A DNA stretch of 59,996 nt, filler included, from Sluysia triapertura (Eukaryota), in the NCBI GenBank assembly GCA_046118255.1. It is 5 parts of 5 records of this genome, joined end to end, with 100 filler letters (N's around TTAATTAATTAA, not from the genome) between each part and the next. Parts side by side here need not be neighbours in the genome. Positions count along the whole stretch, not along the records: positions 49,081 to 59,996 come from JBJNIA010191562.1; 4 more parts are not named here. One strand, given 5' to 3'. The position numbers and the translations under genes are program-made. Under the pieces are notes generated by a model. The model had not been told where the DNA came from. It did no database searches and worked only from the letters and a program-made list of their open reading frames with translations. How positions within the stretch are numbered: position 1 is the stretch's first letter; the number at the start of each line of letters is the position of its first letter. Of this stretch, positions 49,081 to 59,996 are shown piece after piece.

Positions 49081-52000
49081 ATATAAAACTTATCTAGCTT
49101 CAAATCAAAAGGGTTCCCCTAAAAATAACATTTTCTTACAAAATGTTAAATAAATATCAGTGGGCGAATTCCCAAAAAATAAAATACACTTTATTTTAAC
49201 TTAATCGATACTTATTTAAAATAAAATTCAAAGTATTAGCGCAAATATTCTTTATTTTAATTAAAATTAATATTTCTTTAGAACAAAATTCAAAACATTA
49301 CCAAAACATGGATTTTCTTTTTTGTGGTCTCTCGTGAATCTTGTCCTTTTTTGTGCTGTAAAAATTCCTAAATATTCTATTTTATACTTTTATATCATCA
49401 AATCATTCCAACATTCACAATCAGGAATTACTCTAAAACCTCTTTTAAAGCGATTAAAACGATTTTGACATTACATGATACGACATGCCAAACAGAACAT
49501 AACAATTCGATTAACAACCAAATCGTACTTTTTCTCTACTCTATTCGACCTATATTTTCATGAATCACTTCTTACGTTAAAGTAACAATTATTATTTTTA
49601 TTATTGACATGAATAAAAATGATGAATTTAACTTTAGAATTTACAGTTTAATTAATTTTCTAATAAGAAATATTTAAGGTTCTCATTCCCAAACAAACTA
49701 TTTCACAACATTTCAACCTTATTTTCGGATTCTCCTCTTTCATAGCAATCGCTTCTTATTCAATTCATTATCTTTTCATTATTCTAAATATGAAAATTTC
49801 AGTTTTTTTTAATTAAAAAATTAATTAAAATTCGACTTTGCACAATATGGAGACTTTCCTCGCATGAACTCAGTTAGACTTTTCATCTGAAGGTCTCTTT
49901 AAACACATATACATGCAGAGTTACAATTTTACAAAAGCATTCCTCATTCCAAAGTTATTCACTCAAACGTAATTTTGCTTAATTAAGTTAATTAAGGTTA
50001 TATTTAATTAATTATTTATTTTAACTCATTTTATTCTAAAGTTTAGAGGTTTTATTATGATTATAAAGTTATTCAATACTTTATAAGAACTCAGGAGGCT
50101 CTAGATATTTTCACCTTGACTACTCTGATTCCTTTTCTACTTTTTTATTTTAATTATTAATATATCAAATTTATCTTTAATATTATTAACCACGATTTTA
50201 ATCCTTGAACATTTTACAAAGTTACTCGAAGGTCTCAAAAGTCTTCAAAGGTTCCAAAATATTAACAAGGTCTCATCCCCAGGTTCTTTGGAACTCCAAG
50301 GTATCCTTCGGTTTCAAAATGATTAAACATTTACTGTTGATTATTCTTGCTCTAGGAATATTTAATTATGTTTATATTATCATATTTCAGATATTTTATT
50401 ACTTTTTCTTATATATTTTAAATTCTCTTACGTTTAACCTATTTTTTCTACACTAACTGGACAATCCCAACAAATGTATTTCTAAAGTATTCTAAAATTT
50501 CTAAAATATTTCTTGATAATTTTACAATTTTTATTTTATATTTTTTAATATTTAAAATTTCTATATTTATTTTCATTAAAAATAGTGATTTACAATCTAT
50601 ACAAAGAGAAATGCATGTCTTCACATTATTAATTAATTGTGTTATCGTTGTTAATATCAAAATAACACATACGTACATATTCTTCTCCTTTTCACATATT
50701 TACATTGTTACTCATTATCTTAAGCTTTTTTAATCTAAAATTCCCGAGAATATATTATAATCGATTATAGCAACTGGTGCATTTAAATCTTACCAAATTT
50801 TCATAACATCATGATTTGCTTGATCAGATTCATTTAATTTTCTATGTCCCAAATGTTTTCTGAGGAATTGGTTATTTCTTGAATATTTGAATCATTTTTT
50901 TGTACTTTCAGTTTATTACTTGAATCGATTTTGTTATTAAATATTTCAACTGCTTCCTCTGATCGAGTTCGAGAGCTGCTAATGTTAAATTTTTTCGTTT
51001 TTTGACCTCTTTTTACTAGACTTCAGTTACATCTTCAATTTTTACAGATGCTCTAGTTCGTGTTTTGGATGAATGGAATTGGGTAGTAATTAATGTTAAA
51101 ACTTTGTCTGAAATTGATTTAACTATCAATTCTGTAAACAGAAGTTTTGTCTGAGTGATATAAATCTTTTTTCAAGCAAGCACTTGATACATCTGTTGAT
51201 CCATTTAAAGTTGATAAGCATAATTTACAAAAGTTTTCAAAAGATAGTAATGCTTTCCAAGTGAGTCTGAATATCATTTAAAGTAATATTAATTTGAGTT
51301 CTATGTTCTTATGGTAGGCCACAAGAATATGCTTCACAAAGAAGATTGTGAACGTTTAAGGAAAAGCGATATTAGGTTTTATAGAAATTTCATCATTGTT
51401 TTAAATTCTGTCTAAGTTTGATTATTTGGAGATTTTGTATGTTGATGTGGTTAAATATTTATGTGATTGCTTACTTCTTTCACGTTTAGTGTTATATATG
51501 TGATATTTTAGTTGTGAGTATATTGCTTAGTTTATTTGTTAGTGGAAAAAATATTAAGTGAAAAATGTTGAATCACCGCACAAAATCTAACATGTAAATA
51601 TCATAAATTGTTTTTTTACATGAACGCAAAAGCGCAGGTTAACATCAAAGCAGAACGAAATAAATCTACATTATAACTAAATTTAAAGGTATTTTACTTA
51701 AGTAATGTCACATGTGAATTGTGTATAATATCTATAGTACATCAAAAACATAGGATTATCATTTGCGGTAACCTCTAAGAAAATATATTATTTCCTGTTA
51801 CGATTAATGTGGTTATTTAACCTACTTCAGTTAAAATTTCGCATTGACAAACCAACAAAGCATGAAGCAACTTCAACACAGAGCATTAGCCTAAATACAT
51901 AAATATATAAACATCGTAATATTCAAATTCAAAAAATGCGTAAAGGTTAAAATTAAAATTAGATAAAAATATAATTACAATTAAATTTCTAGAAAATACA

Positions 52001-53391
52001 ATCTATCTTTCTTTCTTAAGCGTCCTTACTCTGGCTTCCACACTTTATCCTTTTCTTCTACAATCTGAACACGTCAAACAATTCACATCCTGTCAGTTAG
52101 AACAAACAAAAGATGATAATATAATTGCAAGAATGTTCATATTTTACTGCATTCCAAGATTATCTTTCAATCTTGGCTAATTTCCACAGTGAATTAATTA
52201 TACAAGAATCAGAAAGATATATCCTCAATGCATATTGTTTTTTTAAATTTCTTTGCATTCATTAGACAACATGAATATAAAATGTGTTGAATATAGTTTG
52301 CTCTTATCCTTACTAATATAATGAATAGCGAAATTAAGAAAAAATTTCAGTTTCGAATTACTTTTATTTTTTATGTGAAGTACTAGAATATTGTAAAATT
52401 AATACTTTGACCTTGATGACTTTGGAATTTAATGACTTTGGTATAACGTGATAATTTTATAATTTATTTCATAATTTATTTGGTATTATATGAGTTTTAT
52501 AATCTATTAATGTTAATTACATGATCTATTAATTTTGGAATATTTGAATGCGATCTAAAGTAAGAAATTATAAAATCATATTAATTGTTAATTAAATTAA
52601 TATATTAATAGTTAAACTGACGTAATTATAGAATAAAATAGATTTATAAAATAAATTTTAATGTTTTGTTTTAATTTTGCAAGATAACACAGTTTATGTT
52701 GACACAATTTTTGATAGCATACAGATTTTGTTGACACAATTTCAATTTATAAAGGTCTTCAATGCAACTAATTATTATAAGTCTTATTATAATATTGGAA
52801 TTCGTGGTGTACGATTCGAAATCAGTTTATTGTCACGCTTCAAAATAAATTTTATTTAACGTTACGTTGGTTTAATTGTTATAAGTCAAGATATTAACAA
52901 TATAAACGTAAATTTATACTTAAACTCTCTTTGTAAATTAATTTTTTTGGATCTAACGAAAATTCATTTGTAAATTTATTTGATTTTTATTTTAACTTCT
53001 GTTGAGTTAAAATACGCAAATGAATTGTTATTAATATTACTATTATATACGTTTTATTATTTCATAATAAATTAAAATCGAGTCTCATTATTCAATTTAC
53101 ATAGTCGCAAATATAAAATCCATAAAAGAAAACACGTTTTGAACAATTGGAATTTAAATACAATTTCGTAAAATCCTTTTGAGATTCCATTTCAAGGAAT
53201 CTACGTAAAATAATCCTAATAACATTATCATTATTAATTTTGATTATTTAAACAAAATTTCATAAAATTCATTAGTATTAAAATTTACCTCCAGAAAATT
53301 TTTAATATTTCACTGTCAAGATATAAACTAGCATCATTAACAAAACCTTTTAAGCATTTCTTTCAGCCTTACTTAAGAATCCTTTTATTCA

Positions 53392-53489
53392 CAAATCCAA
53401 CGGCTGGCCCTAACTGTTAAGCCCAGTATGTTGGTGGACTCACGTTAAAACGTTTGCTTTATTCTATCTTTATTTTACAAATTCCCACA
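53392..53489 (+). repeat. Repeat family D (putative LTR 3' end), copy 1
   Basis: caaatccaacggctggccctaactgttaagcccagtatgttggtggact...cccaca. Confidence 0.75.
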
Positions 53490-54419
53490 ATATCAATCAA
53501 AACTTCCTGAATTTAGCAAGTCCATAATACAGATTTAGAAGAACTTAATAACGATCATTACAATAAAAAATATAATTCAAATTATAAATATGAAGCTGCC
53601 ATTCAACAGTCATCACAACATTCCAAATGAAAGAGAAAAATTCTAGTTAAAGATATAAATTTATATATAAGCAAGAAAATCATCAAAGTTCATCAAGAAA
53701 CGCAGATAATTATGCAAAATTTTTAAACAATCCTACAAATCAAGTAATTTGTCAAAATTCAAAGTTAACTTATTTTGTTCTGCTTGTAGTTTATGAAAAA
53801 AGTCATTCAACATCTGTGCAAGATAATCAAGTAATTATCTAAAATTTTAATTTTTTCCCAAACTTCTTAAATTTTTATAAATAATATTTTCGTGTTTAAA
53901 TTTAAAATTTTGCGCGTTTACGTAATAACTAAAAGTAACGAGTTGTTAATTTTCGAAGTAATTATAAACCAATCTAATGCATTTGTTAAGCACGTAATTA
54001 TTGATGCATTCAGAAATTTAATAAACGTCCCACCTATCACATTAAATCTCAAATCCAATATTCACTGAATAAACCAGAAAAGCTTTGATTTGCCTTTATT
54101 AAAATATGGAAATAATGAATAAAACAAACATTTGTGTATGTTCAGAATTACAAAATACGGACTAAACGTTTAGAATTTATTGTGTCTTTATTTTTTTATT
54201 TTGTCTTGTGTCGGCTACTAGAACGAAAAATAACCTACTAATACTATATAACCCATCAGAAAATTATGCATTTTTTAAAGTTATTATGAATCTAACGTTA
54301 CTCGTTTTGATTTACCGGTATCACCATCCAAATCACTTATTTGCGGATTTAGATTTTAAATAAAAAGGAACTTATATAATACTAACTTCTTGGGTATTAT
54401 CTTTTCTATCTTTTATCTA

Positions 54420-54516
54420 CAAATCCAATGGCCGGCCATAACTGGTAAGCCCAGTACGTTGGTGGACTAACTTTAAAATCTTTCTTTATTCTAGTATTCT
54501 ACTTTAAATTCTCACA
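54420..54516 (+). repeat. Repeat family D (putative LTR 3' end), copy 2
   Basis: caaatccaatggccggccataactggtaagcccagtacgttggtggact...ctcaca. Confidence 0.75.
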
Positions 54517-54751
54517 TATTAATAATAAGGAAATCTCAAGAAATTTATATTATGCACTCAGTATAACACAAGGGAGATATAAAAATTGATAAATATATTG
54601 CGAAGAATTAATCTCATTTAATTCTTTAAGTAATAATTTAACAATGGATGTTGCGTGAAACTATTATAAGTTTCGAAATTGATTACAAAATTTTATTTTT
54701 CGTTGATTTTACGTGGATACTTATTGTATCAGTAATGTCGAATTTTAATAA

Positions 54752-55545
54752 TTGTTTTCAATCGAGGACCTAAAAGGTGATCCTCATTCAGCAGAATATC
54801 TATCGAACTTTTCTGCTACACCAATGTTGCAAGAAGGAGTATATTTTGATCGCCAATTGTCCGGAATTTCACGACTAGTTCTTGGTCCAAACCTGAGAAT
54901 TATTCACAATACAACGCACTCAGGATCCAAATCTACGTGCGAAGTTTTAAAATCCAAAGTGATTTGGCCCTATATGCGAAAAGATATTAACAATCATGCC
55001 TAACTTGCCATGCGGTGAAAACACACAAGCATACCAAACCAGAAATCCTCAATTTTCCAACCGCTTAACTCTTTGATACAATTCACATGGACATCGTCAG
55101 TCCTTTATCAAATTCCAAAGGATATACTTACATCTTGACAATCATAGACCGATATAGTCGTTGGCCGGAAGCGTTTTCTATGCGCTGCATATCTACTGAA
55201 ACAATAACTAACATTCTTGTAAAGCATTGGTTTGGTGTGCCCAAGAGTATAATTACCGATCAGGGCAAACAGTTCGAATTTGAACTTTTCAACAGTTTAT
55301 TAATACGCCTAGGAAGTTCCAGATTATCCGCAATTCAAATGGAATGATAGAGCACTTTCACCGTACGCTAAAAGTTCACTGCGGAAACTATCAATCAAAC
55401 ATAATTGGTCAGATGCATTGTCCCTGATACTACTTGGTTGGAGGAATATTCCACATTCATCTACCGGATATTCCCCAGCTCAAATCGTGTTTGGTACAAA
55501 TACAAGATTACCACATGAACTATTCGAAACTTCGCTGCCAAAATA
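54752..55545 (+). mobile_element. Ty3/gypsy integrase remnant
   Basis: IHNTTHSG..VIWPYMRKDI, HMDIVSPL..YILTIIDRYSRWPEA..FGVPKSIITDQGKQF, NGMIEHFHRTLK, TGYSPAQIVFG; stops and frameshifts. Confidence 0.9.
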
Positions 55546-56172
55546 ATACGTTTTCTCTAGGCATTTAAGAGAATATTTCAGCGAATTAAACATAATAATT
55601 CACCACGTGTATACATATGTGATGACTAAGTTACATTTGTAATTTGTACATTGATATTTGTATTAACACGCATTGATATGACTAAAATAATATTATTGAC
55701 TAAACTAATATTATTGATTTTATATTTGTATGTAATATTAAATATTTATTGATGTATTAATTTTTGATTTATTTTCATATGTTTATTATTTTCAAATCTA
55801 AAGAATATTTTCAAAGGAATTAATTTTAATTATTTTATGGTAAGATTATTTTTAAATTATTAAAAATTATAAAATTACATGTAATTAAAAAATTAAAATC
55901 ATTTGTTTCAAATAAATAAAATATTAGTTTTGTTTTTAATAATATAATTTTCGATTTAATTTTTCTTGATTTAAATCAATTTATATAGTTTTAAAATAAA
56001 GAAAAATCACCTGTCTGTTGAATTTTCCTATTTCAAAGGATCTACGCAAAATTACATTTAAATTTTTAAATAAATTACTAATTATTAAATTAATACATAA
56101 CATTCGAAACAGTTAGCATAAATTCAAAAAATCTGATAAATTTTGATTTGACCTCCATTACTTTTACTTTAC

Positions 56173-56275
56173 CAAATCCAATGGCTGGCCCTCGCTGGTA
56201 AGTCCAGTAGGTGGTGAACTCACAGCTTTAATTTAACTTTTATTTTATCCTATATTAACTTTAACGTTTCTCACA
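56173..56275 (+). repeat. Repeat family D (putative LTR 3' end), copy 3
   Basis: caaatccaatggctggccctcgctggtaagtccagtaggtggtgaact...ctcaca. The upstream block tttcaaaggatctacgcaaaat (56031) also matches ~53190. Confidence 0.75.
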
Positions 56276-56519
56276 CATACCACGAAGTTTAGCCAGACCT
56301 AGTGAGTATGTCTGGTTGATCGTAGAAAACCCTCATTTGTTGCAGCTAAGATATACCGGCCCACATAAAGTAATAAATATAAATAATGAAAACATAAATA
56401 TAAATAATATAAATATAAATAATTTAAATATAAATAATAAATATAAAATACATTTGTTAATTAAATTAATTAAAATTAATTAATTTGATGAGTCAATAAA
56501 AATGTTTGCTTCTGATATA

Positions 56520-57530
56520 ATGATATTAGATTTAGTGTATAATGTTGAGTTTCATTAGTATTTTTAATGGTGAAGTATTGCGAAGCACGTCAACGTAGAT
56601 AACGTAAAAATTAGTTTTTTTGATTAGTTTTAATAATTTAAAATCAAAATTAAATATGTTCTGATGTTTGAATATTAATAAAGTATATATCAAATTGATG
56701 TTTATGTTATTAAACTTGACATACGACGTACGGTTGACGCACAACTTATTATACAAAAGATTCCCATGAGAAATAAATTTATTATTTCATTAATTTTTTC
56801 TTTAAATCAAATTAATAAATTGCGCATTGATATAATAACAATATAATAATGATTTTAAATTTTAATTTAATGATATCGAAAAGATAATGGGATTGTTTAC
56901 CACAAATCCCATTATCTTTAGATAATTAAAATGATAATAAAATTGGACACAGACAGAAATTGCTATCGAAATTTAATCAGTAAATGTGGTCGGCTTATCA
57001 GCGACTAAAAAAGAAGAGAGAGCTTTAATTTCCGTTCAATTTCTACTTTTTCAATTTCCCAAATTATCAAAAAACTGCTGTATAAGCAGTCGTATTTTTG
57101 CAAAAAATTAAGCATAAAACGGAAATAGAGTCATGGTAACGAAAGAAGAAAAACTGTAGGGACATTGCTTCAAATCATCAGTGGATAACAGTGTAATTGA
57201 AGCTTACTCTTTAGAAATCAGCTAAAATAAAACATTATATGAATATGGGAACATGTGTTAGTGATGTGTCTGTTATTGACTATATTTTGTATTAATATGG
57301 GCGTCAAAATATTTCTTAGATAAGTTATGTAAACCCTGGTAGTGATTTGTTAATATTAAAAGATTTATAATTTGAGGTTTATAAACAAAAACGATTTATT
57401 ATTAAAGAATAATTTGTATTGTTAGTATTATAATGAATATTTGTTGTAATCTTGTGATAATATTTGAGAATATATCGAGATTCTGAATTTATTTAGTTAT
57501 TGAGTTTTAATTTAATAATTTAAAAAATAA
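56520..57530 (-). repeat. Repeat family A copy 3 (inverted)
   Basis: Reverse complement is collinear with 41345-42340 and retains the uninterrupted TA insertion site. Confidence 0.8.
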
Positions 57531-57544
57531 AAATATAAAAAGAC

Positions 57545-57715
57545 ACAATACATCACAACCCTTTTAAATCACTAAATTAAAATCATTAAATTCCTTACAA
57601 GAAAATTAATTTCTAAAAAAGAAACTTATTTTCGAAAAAAAAGAAATCGAAAATTCGTAGATTCTGATTGGCTGATGACTGGTATATATATTGGTATTAG
57701 TTTGATCTAAATCTC
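57545..57715 (-). repeat. Dispersed repeat family C, copy 3 (inverted)
   Basis: gattggctgatgact and catcacaaccc are reverse complements of blocks in 29990-30115. Confidence 0.65.
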
Positions 57716-59126
57716 ACTTTAATTTTATTTTTTTTAAATTTTATTTATCCATCTTGTTTCATTAACAAATATTATAAGGATAAGTGATGAATTTTAACGA
57801 ATTGTTCCAGCTATTCAACAGTTTCCATTAAATTAGTAAGTTATTACTGAAAGGTAGTTTTGATCCTCGTGATAAAATCATTTATTAATCCCTTTTTATC
57901 TCAATTTAATGAAGTGAAAGTACACATTTAAATTCTGAAGTATGAAAATGAAAAGGTTTTAATTATAAAATAATTCCTTTTTATATCGTTATTCTTTTTG
58001 CTACATTTAATATTTGAATATAATTTTATTTAAGAAATTTGTGAGTGTTATTTGTTGAAATGTGATTTGCCTAATTTGTAGAACAAATTAGACTGAACTG
58101 TAGAATTACATTTTTGATATTAGAACCATCTAACTATTACAGAGTAGGTATATTCTTAGAGCAATAATCACCACACCAAATTTCCATATTAATTACGTTA
58201 ACATTCGTCAAGTGATAGTTACATGAACGCCCACTCTGCATCGGATCCTGCCCAATTTTATTTTGCCGCAGGTTAAAAGCTAAGAAAACTACATCAAATT
58301 TGAGCACCCAAATTGGGACCAACATAAATTAAATTGATGTTAAAAGCATAAAGCGATACTAAATTTTGAATATTTGGGACTTTTAAAGCAGCATTAAGTC
58401 CTAATTTGACTTTTCGAGTTAAGTTACACTTACAGCCATATAAGCGACATTAATAACTGAATTAATTTGGGAATAAAATTATATTTGACATTAATTACGT
58501 CGTTGTAGTTTTAATTTTTGATAGATTTAGCTCATAAATGAGTATTACGTCTAAATTTGTATAAATTTGTATATTTATATTATCTAAGTTTAAGGTTACA
58601 AGCTTGAATTTCATTGTTTATTTGACATTTCACTAAGTTTAAATCGTTGAATTTTGAATTTTTAAGTGATTAGTCGAAGTTATATTGAATATTTGGATAA
58701 TTAATTTAAATTGATACTGAGTTCAAGTTGTTACAAATTAATATTGTGATTTCCCAGTAAGCATTTCATAAGTTGTAGCTGATTTTTCATTAAGTAAAAT
58801 AGATTTGATTCGACCGTAAGGGGTTATGTAGTTTTGTTAATAAAATTGTCTTTAGTATTAGAATTAATCGAACTCTTTGGAAAGATTTAGTTAAATATTC
58901 AAAGATTTCAAATTGCACTTTAACTTTTATTAAGATTAATAAATTTTGATTTATAAATAACGTATAAATATAGGCGTACAAAATTTTATTTAATGTATCT
59001 ACAATTAAATTTAATATGTGAGAATTTTATTCGACATCTACAGTCTGCTTGAGTCCATGTTTCACGATCAAATGTACACAAATGAATGAGTATAATCTGA
59101 GAAATAGAGCTATTACTAAAGGCATA

Positions 59127-59864
59127 TTAAAAGTTAGACCGACCTTTCAGTTGTATGGGAGTTGAGGTTATTTTTAATGTTCTGTCGTTGTATGTTGAAT
59201 AGTATTTCATGGTTAAAATTGGTTTTGAGGGCGTTAATTTATGTAAGGTAGGAAAATAAAAGTTGATTTGAAACATGTTACACAAAAACTTACATTCATT
59301 TATGTTGTTAATACATAGTATTACCTTATGAATGAAGGTGTGATATCTGTAAATTGGATTATCTTCTGAGGACATAGTCAACTCAATATTGTGTTGATTT
59401 TTGTTAACGACGTTATTCTTATAAGACAGTTTGCGGCTCTGTGAATATTTAAAACTAAAAGATCCTATGATGTTGAAACCACTTATCAATTTAATCATAT
59501 TAATTATGGACAATATCAAGTTTATCATTTCTGGACTTCTTTGAAATAATATCGTCTGTTCGCATCTTATTTCGAGAACTGAGTTGTTAAAATTACCTCC
59601 CATGATTATCTCGAAAATATCGCTTAAGGTGGTAAGTAGTTTATTCACAATTTTGATCTTAAAGAAAAGGAACATCTGGGAATTATTACAACTATTTTTT
59701 GATTTTATATCATAAGAATAAAATATATAATAATACAAGAAGTGACAATTTATTAAATTTTTTAATAAAGAGTAAATTTTAAAAAATATGTTAAATTTTG
59801 ACAAGCTTCCTGACAACATCGAAACAAATATATTAAATTTTGAAAAGCCTCCTGACAGCATCAC
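59127..59864 (-). CDS. Hypothetical ORF, unknown
   Basis: 245-codon open frame in very AT-rich DNA; starts in a 42-bp duplication; no recognisable motif. Confidence 0.25.
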   Translation of the reverse strand: MMLSGGFSKFNIFVSMLSGSLSKFNIFFKIYSLLKNLINCHFLYYYIFYSYDIKSKNSCNNSQMFLFFKIKIVNKLLTTLSDIFEIIMGGNFNNSVLEIRCEQTILFQRSPEMINLILSIINMIKLISGFNIIGSFSFKYSQSRKLSYKNNVVNKNQHNIELTMSSEDNPIYRYHTFIHKVILCINNINECKFLCNMFQINFYFPTLHKLTPSKPILTMKYYSTYNDRTLKITSTPIQLKGRSNF

Positions 59865-59996
59865 CTCCTTCCAAGTCCCATTTTCGCTGTTAACCAGATT
59901 GTTAATCCTATAATGATTGTTATAAAAATAATTGTTATAACGAAGAGAATAAATAAAATTTAAAGTACAAAAATTACTTCTATTATCCTGGAAATC

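Noticed and set aside
54428-54470. HDV-like ribozyme (GGCCGGC start; CCTCGCTGG in copy 3)
   Set aside because: No downstream complement for P1, and the nested pseudoknot cannot be built.
57779-57835. Further JADE exon (ISDEF*RIV.. before GTAAGT)
   Set aside because: In-frame stop, weak acceptor, and separated from the other exons by two assembly gaps.
20661-58981. Numerous 60-95 aa ORFs rich in I/F/L/N/K (e.g. 22318, 32309, 36726, 48839, 50205, 56532)
   Set aside because: Low-complexity products of AT-rich or microsatellite sequence, or antisense to decayed elements.

Overview
Very AT-rich eukaryotic DNA, probably a metazoan draft assembly: it has spliceosomal introns, and four artificial 100-nt gap spacers (N44-TTAATTAATTAA-N44) divide it into five contig pieces. 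The main feature is at 1-~9150: a Ty3/gypsy-type retroelement whose reading frame enters from beyond the left edge. After repairing one stop and two frameshifts it reads as one polyprotein: acidic linker, Bcl-2-like domain (BH4/BH3/BH1/BH2-like motifs), internal signal peptide, chuvirus-like glycoprotein with TM region, PTAP-bearing tail, protease, RT, RNase H, integrase, a second aspartic protease, and a second internal signal peptide with an unknown domain. Tightly packed, same-strand accessory membrane/secreted ORFs follow. This looks like a complex, env-before-pol endogenous retrovirus-like element carrying a captured apoptosis-regulator fold. The rest is largely decayed mobile DNA: piggyBac with TTAA TSD, a Tc3-like element nested in another repeat, mariner, gag and integrase remnants, and several unclassified dispersed repeats. 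It also holds two exons of a JADE-family PZP gene separated by an 8.5-kb intron, and decayed intronless copies of PRADC1, TFIIA-gamma (joined as a chimera) and RagC/D. All family assignments come from motif recognition by eye, not from database searches.
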